DNA from: Macrostomum lignano
Taxonomy: Eukaryota
Direction of reading: 5' to 3'
Assembly: GCA_002269645.1 (NCBI GenBank)
Contig: NIVC01001216.1
Location: 248,001-312,000 of the forward strand
Length of the DNA: 64,000 bases
The notes under the pieces are model-generated. The model was given only the letters and a program-made list of their open reading frames with translations. It was not told where the DNA came from and did no database searches. A program made the position numbers and the translations under genes. Below, one piece after another: positions 23,194 to 37,448 of the stretch. Every line of letters starts with the position of its first letter. Positions within the stretch are counted from its first letter, which is position 1.

Positions 23194-23995
23194 GTATCGC
23201 TGGCAGCGCAGCAGGTGGCTCCGCTACTGCCCGGTGGCCCTGTACGAAGGCTCTCTGGTACCCGGCAAGCCGGAGTTCTGCTGCAGCTTCCTCAACAAGA
23301 TTTATTGCCTCTCGTCTCTCGAAGCTTTGGCCAAGTTCACTAAAAACCCCCGACCGTACTTGCTGCCGCCGCAGCCGCGTCCTCCGGTCAAGGTGGTCGT
23401 TTCTGGACCGCCACATTCAGGCAAAACGTCTACGGCATTCCTCTTAGCCGAACGGTACAACGCCAAGGTGATCGACTTCGAAGCGCTGATGCTGCCGCGG
23501 ATCGAAGCAGCAGATTCGGCTCGACTGGAGAAAGTTCGCTCAGAGGCTACGGCTCTGGCCATAGAGATTGTCCGCGCCAAACTGCGCGAGGCGGCCGCGG
23601 CGGCCAAACAAGCGGCGGAGAGAGCCAAGCAGGAAGCTGAGGAGGCCCGACGGGCAGCCGAAGCGGCCAAAGGTGGCGAAGCCGAAGGCGAGGAGGAAGG
23701 CGAAGGCGAGGGCGACGGAGAGGGCGAGGAAGATGGCGAAGCCGAGGAGGCGAAGAAGGAGGAAGAGGAGGCCACGGCAGCTCCGGAGCCCGACGGGACA
23801 AACACCGCCGCCGCCGATGTTGGCGCAGTCGAGGGCGGCGAGGAAGAAGAGCAGGACGAGCCTCTGCCAGAAGTGGACGCCCAGCATCCGGAAGTGGTGG
23901 CCATAGTTGAGGCCAAAGTGAAGGAGGCGGCTAGTGCGAAGGCTACAATGGATGCAGAGGTTTACGTCGAAGTTCTGGAGGATGCCATTCGTCAG
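23194..23995 (+). CDS. AK9: Adenylate kinase 9, exon 3
   Basis: cacttacag|G; YCPVAL YHS-like repeat, P-loop GPPHSGKTS; donor CAG|GTTGGA. Confidence 0.9.
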
Positions 23996-24130
23996 GTTGG
24001 AGTTTGCCTGTTAACTGTTTGCTTAGCTGCTTGGCTGGTTGGTTAGTTACTCTAAGTACTCACTTACAGGGATGCGTAGGCAGGCTCAGATAAGAAACTA
24101 TAGAAAATTCGCTCTGTCACACCGCCGCAG

Positions 24131-25132
24131 GTGGAACGCGAGCAGCGCCAGTCGGCTCCGAACGACCAGGGACCCCTAGCCGGCGGCTGGGTGATCGACA
24201 ATTTCCCGTTGAATCGCGACGTCTGGAACGCCGTGCTCGAGAAGGGCCAAGAGAAGGGCCTTCTTCCCGACGAGTTGGTGATCCTGCGCGACTCAAGCGA
24301 CGGCGGCGAGTACCTGCTGCGCCGCTGGTACCAGCGCAACCGCGACTCGGTGCGCGCCAGCGTCCAGGAGCGCCTGGATCGGGAGGCCGAGGAGAAGCGC
24401 CGTCGCGAGGAGGAGGCGCTGCGCAAACTGGAAGAAGAGCGCGCCGAGCAGGAGCGCCTGGCGCTCGAGGCCGAGCGGCTGGCCAAAGAAGCCGGCGAGG
24501 GCGATGAGGGCGAAGAGGGCGAAGGCGAGGGCGATGGCAAAGCCAAGAAAACTGCCGAGGAGGAAGGCGAGGAAGAAGAGGAAGAAGATAACGATGACGA
24601 GGAGGAAGAAGAGAAGCGGCCAACCCGCCAGCCCGAGGTGAAATTCCAGGAGCCGCCTGCGTCCTCCGTCGAGCCTGAGGATGCCGGCGCTGGGAACGCC
24701 GACGCTGACGACGCTGCTGAAGCTCCGGAGGATCCGCTAGACCAGCCGCTGCCGCCGCCCGGTCCGGAAATTGACGCGGCCAGAGCCAAGCGCAAGGAGT
24801 TCGAGTCCGAGTTCGCCGGCATAGTCACGGCGGTGCAGAGTAACACCGGCATCGACCCCACCGAGGTGGTGATCAACGATCGCACAGAGGAGGACATTGT
24901 CAACGAAATTGTTGCCACCATGGAGAAGCCGTTCCGCTATCAGGCCTGGGAGCTCACCGGCCAGGACATCGAGGAGGAGGAGGAGGACAACGAGGCGGCC
25001 AAGGCGGAAGAGCAGAAGCCCGAGGAAGAGGAGGAGGGCGGCGCCGAGGAGGAAGAAGATCCCAACCGGGGCAAGAACAAACAGCTGGGCGAGTCCAGCT
25101 TCTTCTGTCCAGTCAGCCTACACGACAATCAG
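24131..25132 (+). CDS. AK9: Adenylate kinase 9, exon 4
   Basis: ccgccgcag|GTG; GGWVIDNFP, acidic coiled coil, FCPVSL; donor CAG|GTGAGT. Confidence 0.9.
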
Positions 25133-25251
25133 GTGAGTTGTTTGAGTGTTTCCTGGAAACTGACGAAAAGACGTCCTTTTGACACCCAATTTTTAACGCT
25201 CGAATCTGGGGCCATCACCCACACTTTCACCTCCTCAATTCCCTAATCCAG

Positions 25252-27812
25252 GTGATGTGGCCTGGCAACCCGGAGATCGCCGCCAAGTATCGCGGCAAGG
25301 TCTATTATTTCGCGTCCAACGAAGCTAGAGACAAGTTCCTCGAACAGCCAGAGCTCTTCCTGCCAACCGACACGCCGTTGAAGCCGCCGCCTCTTCGCCT
25401 GCTGATCCTCGGTCCGAAAGGCTCGGGCAAAACTCTGCATGGAAAGCAGCTGGCCCGCCGACTTGGCCTGTTTCACATCTCCTTCCGCGACCGGCTGCAA
25501 GAAGTTGTGCTGCCGAAAACGCGCAAGCGGATTGGCCCGGATCACGAGGAGCAGCTGGAGGAGTTGCCTGAGGAGCTGCCCGACCTGCCTGAGACGTCCG
25601 TGACCGGACCCGACGGTGAGCCGGTCGAGGTTGAAGAGCCATCGGAGAAGTCGCCGGAGGAGCCGGACGAGGAGGAGGAAATCTCTTACTCGGATCTGGA
25701 GGAGAACGTGAAGAACAACATTGAGAAGCAGGATCCGCTGACTACTGAGTCCTTGGAGACTCTGCTGACGCAGTTCTGGCGCAGCGAACCGTTCAAGAAC
25801 ATCGGATTCGTGCTCGAAGGCTTCCCCAGGACGCCCGAGGAGGCGCAATTCCTCGCCGAGGCCGGCCTATTCGTCGATGGAGCGATCGTGTTGAACACGG
25901 GCGACCAGGAGATCATCGCCCGGATGCTGCCGCCTAAGCTGGAGAAATGGCGCGAGCGTCGAAAGCAGAAGAACGACATCAAGCAGCGTAACAAGGAGAA
26001 GTCGCAGAAGAAGCGCCAAGAAGCGATGGAGAAGCGACGCAAGGAGCTGCTGAAGGAGAACGAGGAGGCTCGCAACGAGCGCCAGGAGCAGCGCAAAGCG
26101 GAACGGCAGCAACGCATCGAGGACGGTGAAATCGAGGAGGGCGACGAAGAGGAAGAAGAAGAAGAGGAGGAGGAAGAGGAGGCCAACGACATCGAAGCGA
26201 TCCTGGCTGAGGAGTTTGAGGAGGAGGAGGAGATGGAGGACGAGGACGAGGAGCCTGAAGAGGACGCCATCGATCGGCTGAAGAACGACATCAACGATGT
26301 GTACGACGGCGATCTGAACTCGCTGGACGCTGTCAAGGATGTGCTGGAGGAGATGCTGATTCCGCGTTTCGTAGTCGAGTCGGGCAAGAAGCCGCACATT
26401 GTGCGCCACTACATCACCAAGAGCCTGCGCTACCTTATTGAGAACCGGCGCAGCATCTTCGAGCGAGTTTACCCGGTATCGGAAAAGACAGCCGCCCGTC
26501 TGCTCACCACCGGCTACAAGCATCTCAGCAGCTTCGGCCGCTGGTGCCCAGTCGCTCTGTACGACGGCGACTGCGTTCTGCCTCTCGCCGACGAGGCGCA
26601 TCCGACTTTCCCGGCCGTCTATCAGAGCTTCGTCTACTTCATGTCCAGCGCGGCCAGGCGCGACTCCTTCGCCGCCGACCCGCGTCGCTACCTGGACAGC
26701 AGCGCCAAGCACCCGCGGGTGGTGGTCCCGATTAGGGTGGCCGTTCTGGGCCCGCCGAAGTCCGGCAAGACCGCCCTGGCCAGCCGATTTGCCAAGGACC
26801 TCGGCCTCGTCCGGCTCAGTGCGGGAGACGCTCTTCGTCGAGTACTGCAGGAGCAGCGAAAGACCTCACTGGCCAAGGAGATTAATAGGCACCTGCTGGC
26901 TGGAGGCGTGGCGCCCGAGGAGCTGGTCGTGCGCGCTGTCGAGACCGTCCTGATGGACACGCGAACCTCCGTTCGGGGCTACATATTAGATGGGTTTCCA
27001 TGCAGCATGCGCCAGGTGAAGCTGCTCACCCAGCACGGCATTGTGCCGCACAAGGTGTTTCTATTAAACGTCGATCATCAGGAGCTCATGATTCGCGGTA
27101 CCAACGACCGACTGCGCACAGACAAGCCCTACGTAATGCACGACTCTGCCCAAGTGCTGGCCGTTAAGCTGGCCTGCTATCGCAAGGAGAGCGATCCGGT
27201 GGCCAACTGGTACAGGGAGCAGCACCGGAGTCTGTGCCAGCTGGATGGCACGCAGTCCAAGTGGCTACTTTGGGAGACAGCCCTAGCTGAGGCTAAGAAG
27301 CAGACAGCCCACATTCAGCAGTACGTCTACAGGGTGCGCCGAGACACGGCCGCGTCCATCGCCGACATGTGCATCACGGACAGGGAGTTCCTGGCCCGCC
27401 TGGGCGAGTACCGTCAGTACTGTCCGGTGAGACTGCAAGCTCACGGCGAACTGATCGACTGCTCGGAGACGCCCGGTCTGAACTACGCGGCCGAGTTCCG
27501 GGGTCGCTACTATAAGTGCGCCGGCCCGAACGAGCTGGCCAAATTCCTCGATGGCGCGGCGAAGTTCGTGCCGCCGTTGGCCACCAGACTGCTGCCAACG
27601 GACGACTTGCTGCCAAAGAAAGTGTTGCAATCGGCTGTGCGGTCCAAGTTCCCTATGCAGCTGCACTTGCAGGGCTATTGCCCTGTCACCTTCTTGAGTG
27701 GCAAGCAGCGTTACGAAGCTCTGGTGCCCGGTAACAAAGACCTGCTGGTTGAGTACACAGACCGGCTGTACTGCTTCTCCGATGAAGGCGCTCGAGACTG
27801 CTTCATGCGCAA
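25252..27812 (+). CDS. AK9: Adenylate kinase 9, exon 5
   Basis: P-loops GPKGSGKT and GPPKSGKT, GFVLEGFP, GYILDGFP, three further CPV/YHS-like repeats; donor aa|GTGAGC. Confidence 0.95.
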
Positions 27813-27964
27813 GTGAGCATACGATTCGAAACCTCGAAACTTTTTAATGAATAATAATTCACAAATTTCAGTTTCTATTTCAATTTAGCTTTGTAAATGT
27901 TATACTAATCAGACTGCTTAAAGTAGGATAATCGAACCGATTCGCCAATATGTAGCGCTGCAAC

Positions 27965-28085
27965 GCCAAAATGAGTGCCTGCGGGTGCCAAAATAAGTGC
28001 CATTGGCACTAAAATGAGTGCCTGCGGTGCCAAAATAAGTGTCATTGGCACTAAAATGAGTGCCTGCGGTGCCAAAATGGGTGCT
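27965..28085. repeat. ~42-bp repeat, about 3 copies, in AK9 intron 5
   Basis: aaaatgagtgcctgcggtgccaaaataagtgtcattggcact repeated. Confidence 0.8.
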
Positions 28086-28178
28086 AACAACGCCGATTCC
28101 CAAAATAATGTCGGAATTTTGTCACGTAGAACTCTTGTCTCTGTCCCCACTATCAATTTGTAACTAACTGCACTGCAG

Positions 28179-28608
28179 ACCGGAGCTGTACTGGGATCTG
28201 CAGCTGCCTGCCAAGCTGCCGCCACTGAAGAATCCCACTGACGTGACGAAGCTGCCAATACCCGGCTACCTGGAGCAGACGCTCGCCGATGCACTTCGCA
28301 ACGCCATGACAGCCGCGGCCAACTTCAAGCCAAAGTACCCGTTCCTGAGCCAGGACCGCTCCGCCGCCATCTACATTGGCCTGCACCTGAAAGCCTACAA
28401 TCCCAGCAGTCCGGCCTACACCAAGCAGAAATATCGGCGCAAACTGGAGGAGTTTGAGGCCCAGTGCCGCATCATCCAGCAGCTGGGGGACAGCATGACG
28501 CTCAAGTACAAGGAGCCCGCCAAACGGCCGCCTAAGCTGGACGCCAACTTGGAAGCTTTCCAGAAATTGAAACGACAAATTGACGAGCCGGCTCTGTGGA
28601 CAAGTTGA
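28179..28608 (+). CDS. AK9: Adenylate kinase 9, exon 6 (C-terminus)
   Basis: gcactgcag|A; KPELYWDLQLPAKLPP...LPIPGYLEQ...KPKYPFLS...HLKAYNP, typical of the AK9 C-terminus; joined model ~1957 aa. Confidence 0.9.
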
Positions 28609-29314
28609 GAAGCGAGGGCCGGGATTCGAACTCGAGACTTTACTTGATTATCTGATGTCGGTTTGTCCATGGCAAACTACGTGAAAAAAGCAAACCTAAT
28701 TTCTGAACGTATGGTAAATCAGTTTTCATGCCAGAAACGACTAAAAAACTACAAATATTTTTGTTTAACTTCGTACTGAAGAGCTGTTTTTTTTCACTAA
28801 AAGATCTGCTTTGCTAAAGTAAATTTAAAAAAGTGTTCTTGAAATGTAGTTCGTAAAATATAAAAAGGATTTGATAAAAATAGGCCTAGCCGCTACTTAA
28901 ACTGTCTTTTTCACTTTGAATTGTTAAATTACGCTTGTTCATAATAAATATTAAAAAGTTGATCAAGTACGAGCAACTATATAAGCTATCGAACAGTGTG
29001 ACCTGGGCTTACTTTGTTGACCTGGAGCCATTTAGATGCTAATTTTCCGTTTTATAATTTTGTTGAAGCACCTGCGCCCGCTGCTCTAACGCCAGCTTCG
29101 GATTCTGGCGCCAATATGTCGCCGTGACGGAGTGACCAAAGCACTCGTGGGGTTCAGGTGGCCGCGGACCCAAACCCCACCCCCAGTCGCCTACACAAAA
29201 GCAGCGCTCCTCTAAAAACTAAATTAAGCAGCAGATAAACACAAAATTGGACGTGGCATCAGCCAGACTAAGATACAGGGGTATGGGCGTCAACCAGGAA
29301 GCAAGGACTACTTA

Positions 29315-30180
29315 ACAACACAGGACAAGAAGATAGAGGGTGGCAACCAGGAAGATAGAGGGTGGCATCCAGGAGGATAGAGGGGGCAACCAGGAAGATA
29401 GAGGGTCGCAACCAGGAAAATAGAGGGTGGCAACCAGGAAGATACAGGGGGGGGCAACCAGGAAGATAGAGGGAGGCAACCAGGAAGATAGAGGGGGGCA
29501 ACCAGGAAGATAGAGGGGGGCAACCAGGAAGATAGAGGGAGGCAACCAGGAAGATAGAGGGAGGCAACCAGGAAGATAGAGGGTGGCAACCAGGAAGATA
29601 CAGGGGGGGGGCAATCAGGAAGATAGAGGGGGGCAACCAGGAAGATAGAGGGAGGCAACCAGGAAGATAGAGGGTGGCAACCAGGAAGATAGAGGGAGGA
29701 AACCAGGAAGATGGAGGGAGGCAACCAGGAAGATAGAGGGTGGCAACCAGGAAGATAGAGGGTGGCAACCAGGAAGATACAGGGGGGGGCAATCAGGAAG
29801 ATAGAGGGGGGGGGCAATCAGGAAGATAGAGGGGAACAACCAGGAAGATAGAGGGAGGCAACCAGGAAGATAGAGGGTGGCAACCAGGAAGATACAGGGG
29901 GGGGGGGCAATCAGGAAGATAGAGGGGGGCAACCAGGAAGATAGAGGGAGGCAACCAGGAAGATACAGGCGGGCAACCAGGAAGATAGAGGGGAATTGGC
30001 AACCAGGAGGATAGAGGGGGGCAACCAGGAAGATGGAGGGTGGCAACCAGGAAGACAAGGGCGACAACTAAGAGACAGGGGCGCCCACCAAGAGACAGGG
30101 GCGCCCACCAAGGGACAGTGGAGTCCACCAAGAAATCGGGGCGCCCACCAAGAGACAGGGGTGACCACTAAGAGACAGTT
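29315..30180. repeat. ~21-bp purine-rich minisatellite (GGCAACCAGGAAGATAGAGGG) followed by a short 20-bp repeat (AGAGACAGGGGCGCCCACCA)
   Basis: About 33 copies with variable G-runs. Confidence 0.95.
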
Positions 30181-31279
30181 GGATCTAAAGAAACACCAAT
30201 ATACCACAATATACCAATTGAGAGACTCTTGCACAAATGGATGAATTTCTTCTAGAACACGGAATCGCTAGGACTTCCTGCAAGCTGGCAACTAACTTTC
30301 CTCATCCAAATGGGCTATTCGTAGCTCAGCTACTCTTCCAGTATCTGCAGCATACAGCATAAAACTACCGCAGTTTAAAGCTGAGAATGAGTAAATAATT
30401 ATAGAAGCAAATGTGACAAAAAATGCATGTACTTTTAATAATGAGAAGATCCGGCAGTTAAGGAACCAAGGACTGCTCAAGTACGTTTCTTGAAAAATTT
30501 AAGGATGCAGGCTTACCGAAAAAATGCATTACGGCGAAAAAAGTTGATTTATTTTTCAGCTCAAAATTTGTAAATTGCTTTTGATAGTAGTCGAACCCAA
30601 TGTTTATCTTTTGACATGTATCACTTCTAGCTGAGCAAATCTTAAGTGCAATGCAATACCTCATACAGGCGGGTCACGGAGCAATTCGAATTCACCAAGG
30701 AGATCAGAGACGATCATGTGTCAAATATAAAAACGGGAATTCTTAAGGGGGGAGATGTCGGAACTACGGTACTGGCAAGGAGATCATGCTCCAGCACGAA
30801 CCCCGACAAGGATGGAAAAATACGGAAAGATCGGCTCGTTTAAATGCAGCCCAGAATCATGCATCACGAGCGTGATTTGTGAACAAAATGGCCTTGAACT
30901 GTCCTTGACCGGTGTGCCTAGAAGCCGAGTGACGTCACCTACCTAGCCGTGCCGTGATTGGTTCATAAAATCGGCTTGATGCGCGGCTTCAACCGGCACA
31001 AAACAAGGGTAACCGAGGAAAGACTGGGATATTCAGAAAGAAGATTTGTTCGAATAGAATATCCGCTTGAACCGATTTGAAATGCAATTCTTATGGCTTA
31101 AAATCAATCTCATAAGCTGCTTCAAAATTTAGAGTAAAAATTTTTAGTATATGGATAGTGTAGAACTGTCTCTTTATCATGAATCTGCGTGTTGGCTTGA
31201 CTATGGCCCAACATCTAATTTCTTTGCGTGTAGCCTTTTTCAACTTCTAAACGATTGTGTTATTGCACCATTTTTTATT

Positions 31280-31850
<571 letters not shown>

Positions 31851-32404
31851 TCAAACAGTGAGATACAGTGATCCTGTGTATTTATTTTATCATCAGATCA
31901 TCAGACGTCTGCACACTCTGGGGGGGGGGCGTGAACCGCAATAAAAACCAAAAGTCCTCCCATGTGATTGCACACAAGGAATTAAAGCCACGACTTTTAC
32001 CGGACCAGAGTGTCTATTGCGCTAGCGCGTTGAACTATTCGTGTAAAAGTACTTTTCTGCTCGTACCCAGAGCTGCTGGATCAGTATTCCGTGTAGGCTC
32101 TAAAATCTTGGTACAGCGGTTGAAAGTCATCGATAAAGACTGCCCGTGAGGAGCCTTGCATCATTATGAGGGAGGGGTGGCTGATTGGTGGGATGCTTCT
32201 TCAAAGTGGTGATTGTGGATGAGGTGCAGCTGTCAGTGGCGTCATTATTTTTAATTGAGCTCCTGATGCTGGTCTCACATCCAGGTGGTTCCAGCGAAGC
32301 TGTCGTACTCAGAGGTTTCTTGGGATCTGTTTAAAAGCGGGAGTCTTTAGGAGTCTAAAAATTTAATAAAAATCTAAAAAATCATCATTAATCGTTAGAA
32401 TTTT

Positions 32405-32825
32405 TGTGAGAATCTTTGACGAATTTAATAGGAATCTTTGGGGAATTCAATAAGAATCTTTGGGGAATTGAATAAGAATCTTTGGGGAATTCAATAAGAA
32501 TCTTTGGGGAATTGAATAAGAATCTTTGGGGAATTCAATAAGAATCTTTAGGGAATTGAATATGAATCGTTGGGGAATTCAATAAGAATTATTGGAGAAT
32601 TCAATAGGAATTCTTGGGGAATTCAAAAAGAATCTTTGGGGAATTCAATAAGAATCCTTGAGGAATTCAATAAAATTCTTGGGGAATTCAATAAGAATCT
32701 TTGGGGAATTTAACAAGAATTATTGGGGAATTCAATAAGAATCCTTGAGGAATTCGATAAGAATCATTTAAGAATCCAATAAGAATCTTTGGGGAATTCG
32801 ATAAGAATATTTGGAGAGTTCAATC
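32405..32825. repeat. 22-bp minisatellite (AATAAGAATCTTTGGGGAATTC)
   Basis: About 18 copies between the two GACA arrays. Confidence 0.9.
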
Positions 32826-33269
32826 AACATTCGAGTTTAGCTATATAGTTTGTGGTTATCTTTTCCTCAGAGGAGGATAAATTGGATGCATGTTTTGCCT
32901 TGCACGGCCTGTATAGTGAGTGCAATACCCGGCTAATTTCAATCCGTAGGATTTTAACCGCCGCTGCTCAAGACGGGAGCCCAGCTGGGAAAGCAGTCCA
33001 AAATCTGCTAAATGATTTCGAAGAAATCCTGCTGAAAAAATGCTGAGAAAATTTCAAAGGCAAAAAAAGGAAAATTGGCCGTTTTTCCTTTCTTTGGACA
33101 ACCTGCTCCCAGAAGACAGTCGCTGCAGTAACACACGAAATAATCTGACAAAAAGGAAAGGTGCGCTCGTGCAAGCTAAAACCCGGCTGCAAATGATTAA
33201 ATATTGACGAAACAGTGTGCTTTAAGCAGGCACTCGCCTGAAGTCAAGTAAGCGAATGAAAAATCTCAC

Positions 33270-34441
<1,172 letters not shown>

Positions 34442-34981
34442 GCTGAGTCAAGAGACTATAGTTTATCGAGCTATTAAAAAGCTGAAAAACAGCGAAGTGC
34501 AATTTGGAAGTGCAGCCTGCTTGCACTTTTGTTTTCCATGTGGTACACGCTGGAAAAGTGGACTTTCGCTCAAAAGACAGCTTATTCGTTATTAGGTAAT
34601 CCTTTGATAACGCCTTAAAGGACAATGAAAAAGAAAGGTGAAAATAAGATTTTAGGCCAAGCGCCTGACTACTGAGAAGGCTAGGCATTTTGACCTTCTT
34701 CAGTGTGCGCTGCCATGCAGTGAAGAGTCACATTGGGCAGTTCACATCTACGAGCGTACATGTTAGCATTGAAAGGAAATGGGAATTGAAACTACTAGGT
34801 TTATGAGCCGATTTGAAATGATTTAATTTTCGAGTATTAATAGTCACGCATCGAATAACATCTAGATTATAATTTTATCGGGAAAAGCGATTCATTTTGG
34901 TTTTATTTAGTTGTGTTTTTTGAAACAACAATAACAGCAAATTGGAATGAGAACTTGTTTCATAAGATTTACGATTAGTGC

Positions 34982-35812
34982 ACGGGATATAGGTATGAAG
35001 GGACACTGGGTGCAGGTATGAAGGGACATTGGGTGCAGGTATGAAGGGACACTGGGTGCAGGTATGAAGGGACACTGGGTGCAGGTATGAAGGGACATTG
35101 GGTGCAGGTATGAAGGGACACTGGGTGCAGGTATGAAGGGACACTGGGTGCAGGTATGAAGGGACACTGGGTGCAGGTATGAAAGGACACTGGGTGCAGG
35201 TATGAAGGGACATTGGGTGCAGGTATGAAGGGACACTGGATGCAGGTATGAAGGGACATTGGGTGCAGGTATGAAGGGACATTGGGTGCAGGTATGAAGG
35301 GACACTGGGTGCAGGTATGAAGGGACATTGGGTGCAGGTATGAAGGGACACTGGGTGCAGGTATGAAGGGACACTGGGTGCAGGTATGAAGGGACACTGG
35401 GTGCAGGTATGAAGGGACATTGGGTGCAGGTATGAAGGGACATTGGGTGCAGGTATGAACGGACACTGGGTGCAGGTATGAAGGGATACTGGGTGCAGGT
35501 ATGAAGGGACATTGGGTGCAGGTATGAAGGGACACTGGATGCAGGTATGAAGGGACATTGGGTGCAGGTATGAAGGGACATTGGGTGCAGGTATGAAGGG
35601 ACATTGGGTGCAGGTATGAAGGGACATTGGGTGCAGGTATGAAGGGACATTGGGTGCAGGTATGAAAGGACACTGGGTGCAGGTATGAAAGGACACTGGG
35701 TGCAGGTATGAAGGGACACTGGGTGCAGGTATGAAGGGACACTGGGTGCAGGTATGAAGGGACACTGGGTGCAGGTATGAAGGGACACTGGGTGCAGGTA
35801 TGAAGGGACATC
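34982..35812. repeat. 23-bp minisatellite (GGGTGCAGGTATGAAGGGACAYT)
   Basis: About 36 copies just downstream of the 7TM stop. Confidence 0.95.
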
Positions 35813-35864
35813 TGGGTATTCGCAATGATTAGTCAGTTTACGAGTTAGTTTTCGAATGCTCATA

Positions 35865-37109
35865 TCAGCCACGATGACGACACAACCTCCCAGTCAGAGT
35901 GGAGATCTCTTTGCGCACCTGATCGCTGGTACAAACGAACAGAAACAGATTCAGCATAGAGTCAATGCCAACCAAGATGTTGGAAATGTGCACGCTGCTG
36001 CTGAACCTGTAGCCAATCAGCTCCATCAAGCTGCCGGGAGTCTCCAGCACGATGAAGGCCAGAGCGATGGCTACTACGTTGGTGGTTGCTCGAATCAGTC
36101 GCTGCTGCTGTTGAAGCTCCTGCTGAGTCATTGTAGAGCTGACGATTGGAGGTGTCAATGCCGACATAGCTGCCATTGTTCCTGACGGGCCTCGGTTGTC
36201 TTCGCCACTGTAGCAACTCTGAGGCTCGTCGCCTTCTTGAACAACTTCGGCAATAGCGACAGCTTGGTAGCCATGGAGAGCGAGCACGTGAAGCTGCATG
36301 GCTGGGCCCAGGCGGACGTCCGATCGATGCTGCTGACGCTGCTGTGTCTGTCCATCCAGCCGCTGCCTCTGAGGACATCGGCAACGCTTCTTAGCAAGAT
36401 TGAGCACGATTAGCACAGTACTCACCAGCACTAGGCAGTTGGGCACTGACAGCTGCAGAACGATGACAATCTTCTCTAGCGTTGTTGCCTGAAGTCGAAA
36501 TGCGACAAATCGAACGACGGCCGAGGTCAGACTGCCAACGGTGCAGACGCACCAGAAGCGAACGTAAAGTCGACGGGTGATCCGGCGTCGGGCTTGAATC
36601 GGACTGATGATGATCAGGCAGCGAACCAGCGACAACAGGGTGATCCACCAGTTCCGGCCGAACAGAAAGCCGTTAGTCATGCAGAAGAGCGCCAGAAAGC
36701 GCAGCGAGAACTGACTGTCCGAGACAACCTCAGCTGGTAAGCTGCTCGAGTTGAGCAAACTGAACAGCTCCAAGCCGTAATCTAGTCCAAGATGCGGTTT
36801 TGTCGAGTTCTTCATCACGATGCTATCCAAGCCGACAGTAATCATCTGGCTGTCCTCCAGCAGCAGTACGGGCTCTGACTGGTCCTGCAGCAGGAACTGG
36901 GCGCTAAACGCGCAGTTGAACGTATCGAAGGCGAAATTGCTTACACAGAGAATGGCGAAAGCCGTCAGCGAAGCGCTGGCTCTGTGGCGTCGTTGTAGCA
37001 GCATTCGGGCAAAGATGAAGATAGCAAACGCGTTGCACACTAGGCCGATGGCGCTTAGCACCAGGTTGCATAACCAGAAGGCTCTATCAATGGCTGAAGA
37101 CAGATGCAT
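35865..37109 (-). CDS. Intronless divergent rhodopsin-like 7TM receptor (414 aa)
   Basis: Seven hydrophobic segments; TM1 GLVCNAF, TM3 LSLVRCLIIISP (DRY-equivalent), TM6 AFIVLETP, TM7 IDSMLNLFLF. Confidence 0.85.
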   Translation of the reverse strand: MHLSSAIDRAFWLCNLVLSAIGLVCNAFAIFIFARMLLQRRHRASASLTAFAILCVSNFAFDTFNCAFSAQFLLQDQSEPVLLLEDSQMITVGLDSIVMKNSTKPHLGLDYGLELFSLLNSSSLPAEVVSDSQFSLRFLALFCMTNGFLFGRNWWITLLSLVRCLIIISPIQARRRITRRLYVRFWCVCTVGSLTSAVVRFVAFRLQATTLEKIVIVLQLSVPNCLVLVSTVLIVLNLAKKRCRCPQRQRLDGQTQQRQQHRSDVRLGPAMQLHVLALHGYQAVAIAEVVQEGDEPQSCYSGEDNRGPSGTMAAMSALTPPIVSSTMTQQELQQQQRLIRATTNVVAIALAFIVLETPGSLMELIGYRFSSSVHISNILVGIDSMLNLFLFVCTSDQVRKEISTLTGRLCRHRG

Positions 37110-37448
37110 TTCTGTGTTCCTCTGGTGCGTCTTCGAATGTGTTTTTTGTCCTGAGGCACTGCATGAAAAGCGGACTAAATCCAGAAGCTTTTAATCTGTC
37201 GTTTTCATCACGCCTCAAGCCGTTTGTTGATTCACCCACGTTAACTATCCTGGAACGGGATTGGACGATGCGCTGCGCGATAGGAGAGTGAACACCTGAG
37301 CTTTTGAAGCAGCTTTTCAATCCTTATCTACTAAATAATGCTCGAGTGGGTAAAGCATAGGATTATATCAGTGCCTCAATGTGTTTATTTCAATTGTTTA
37401 TGAATTAGTCATCATTTTGCTACTAGCACATTTAGAAAATAAGAAAAT

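Noticed and set aside
23081-28578. Antisense and alternative-frame ORFs over AK9 (also over TOGARAM1 exon 3 and the GPCRs)
   Set aside because: Shadow ORFs of GC-rich coding exons.
28612-28640. B-box/T-arm-like GAGTTCGAATCCCGGC on the minus strand just after the AK9 stop
   Set aside because: Isolated motif with no A box or cloverleaf; at best a SINE scrap.
31860-33260. Gene inside the GACA/TGTC spacer (short ORFs on both strands)
   Set aside because: No consistent splice model or recognisable motif.
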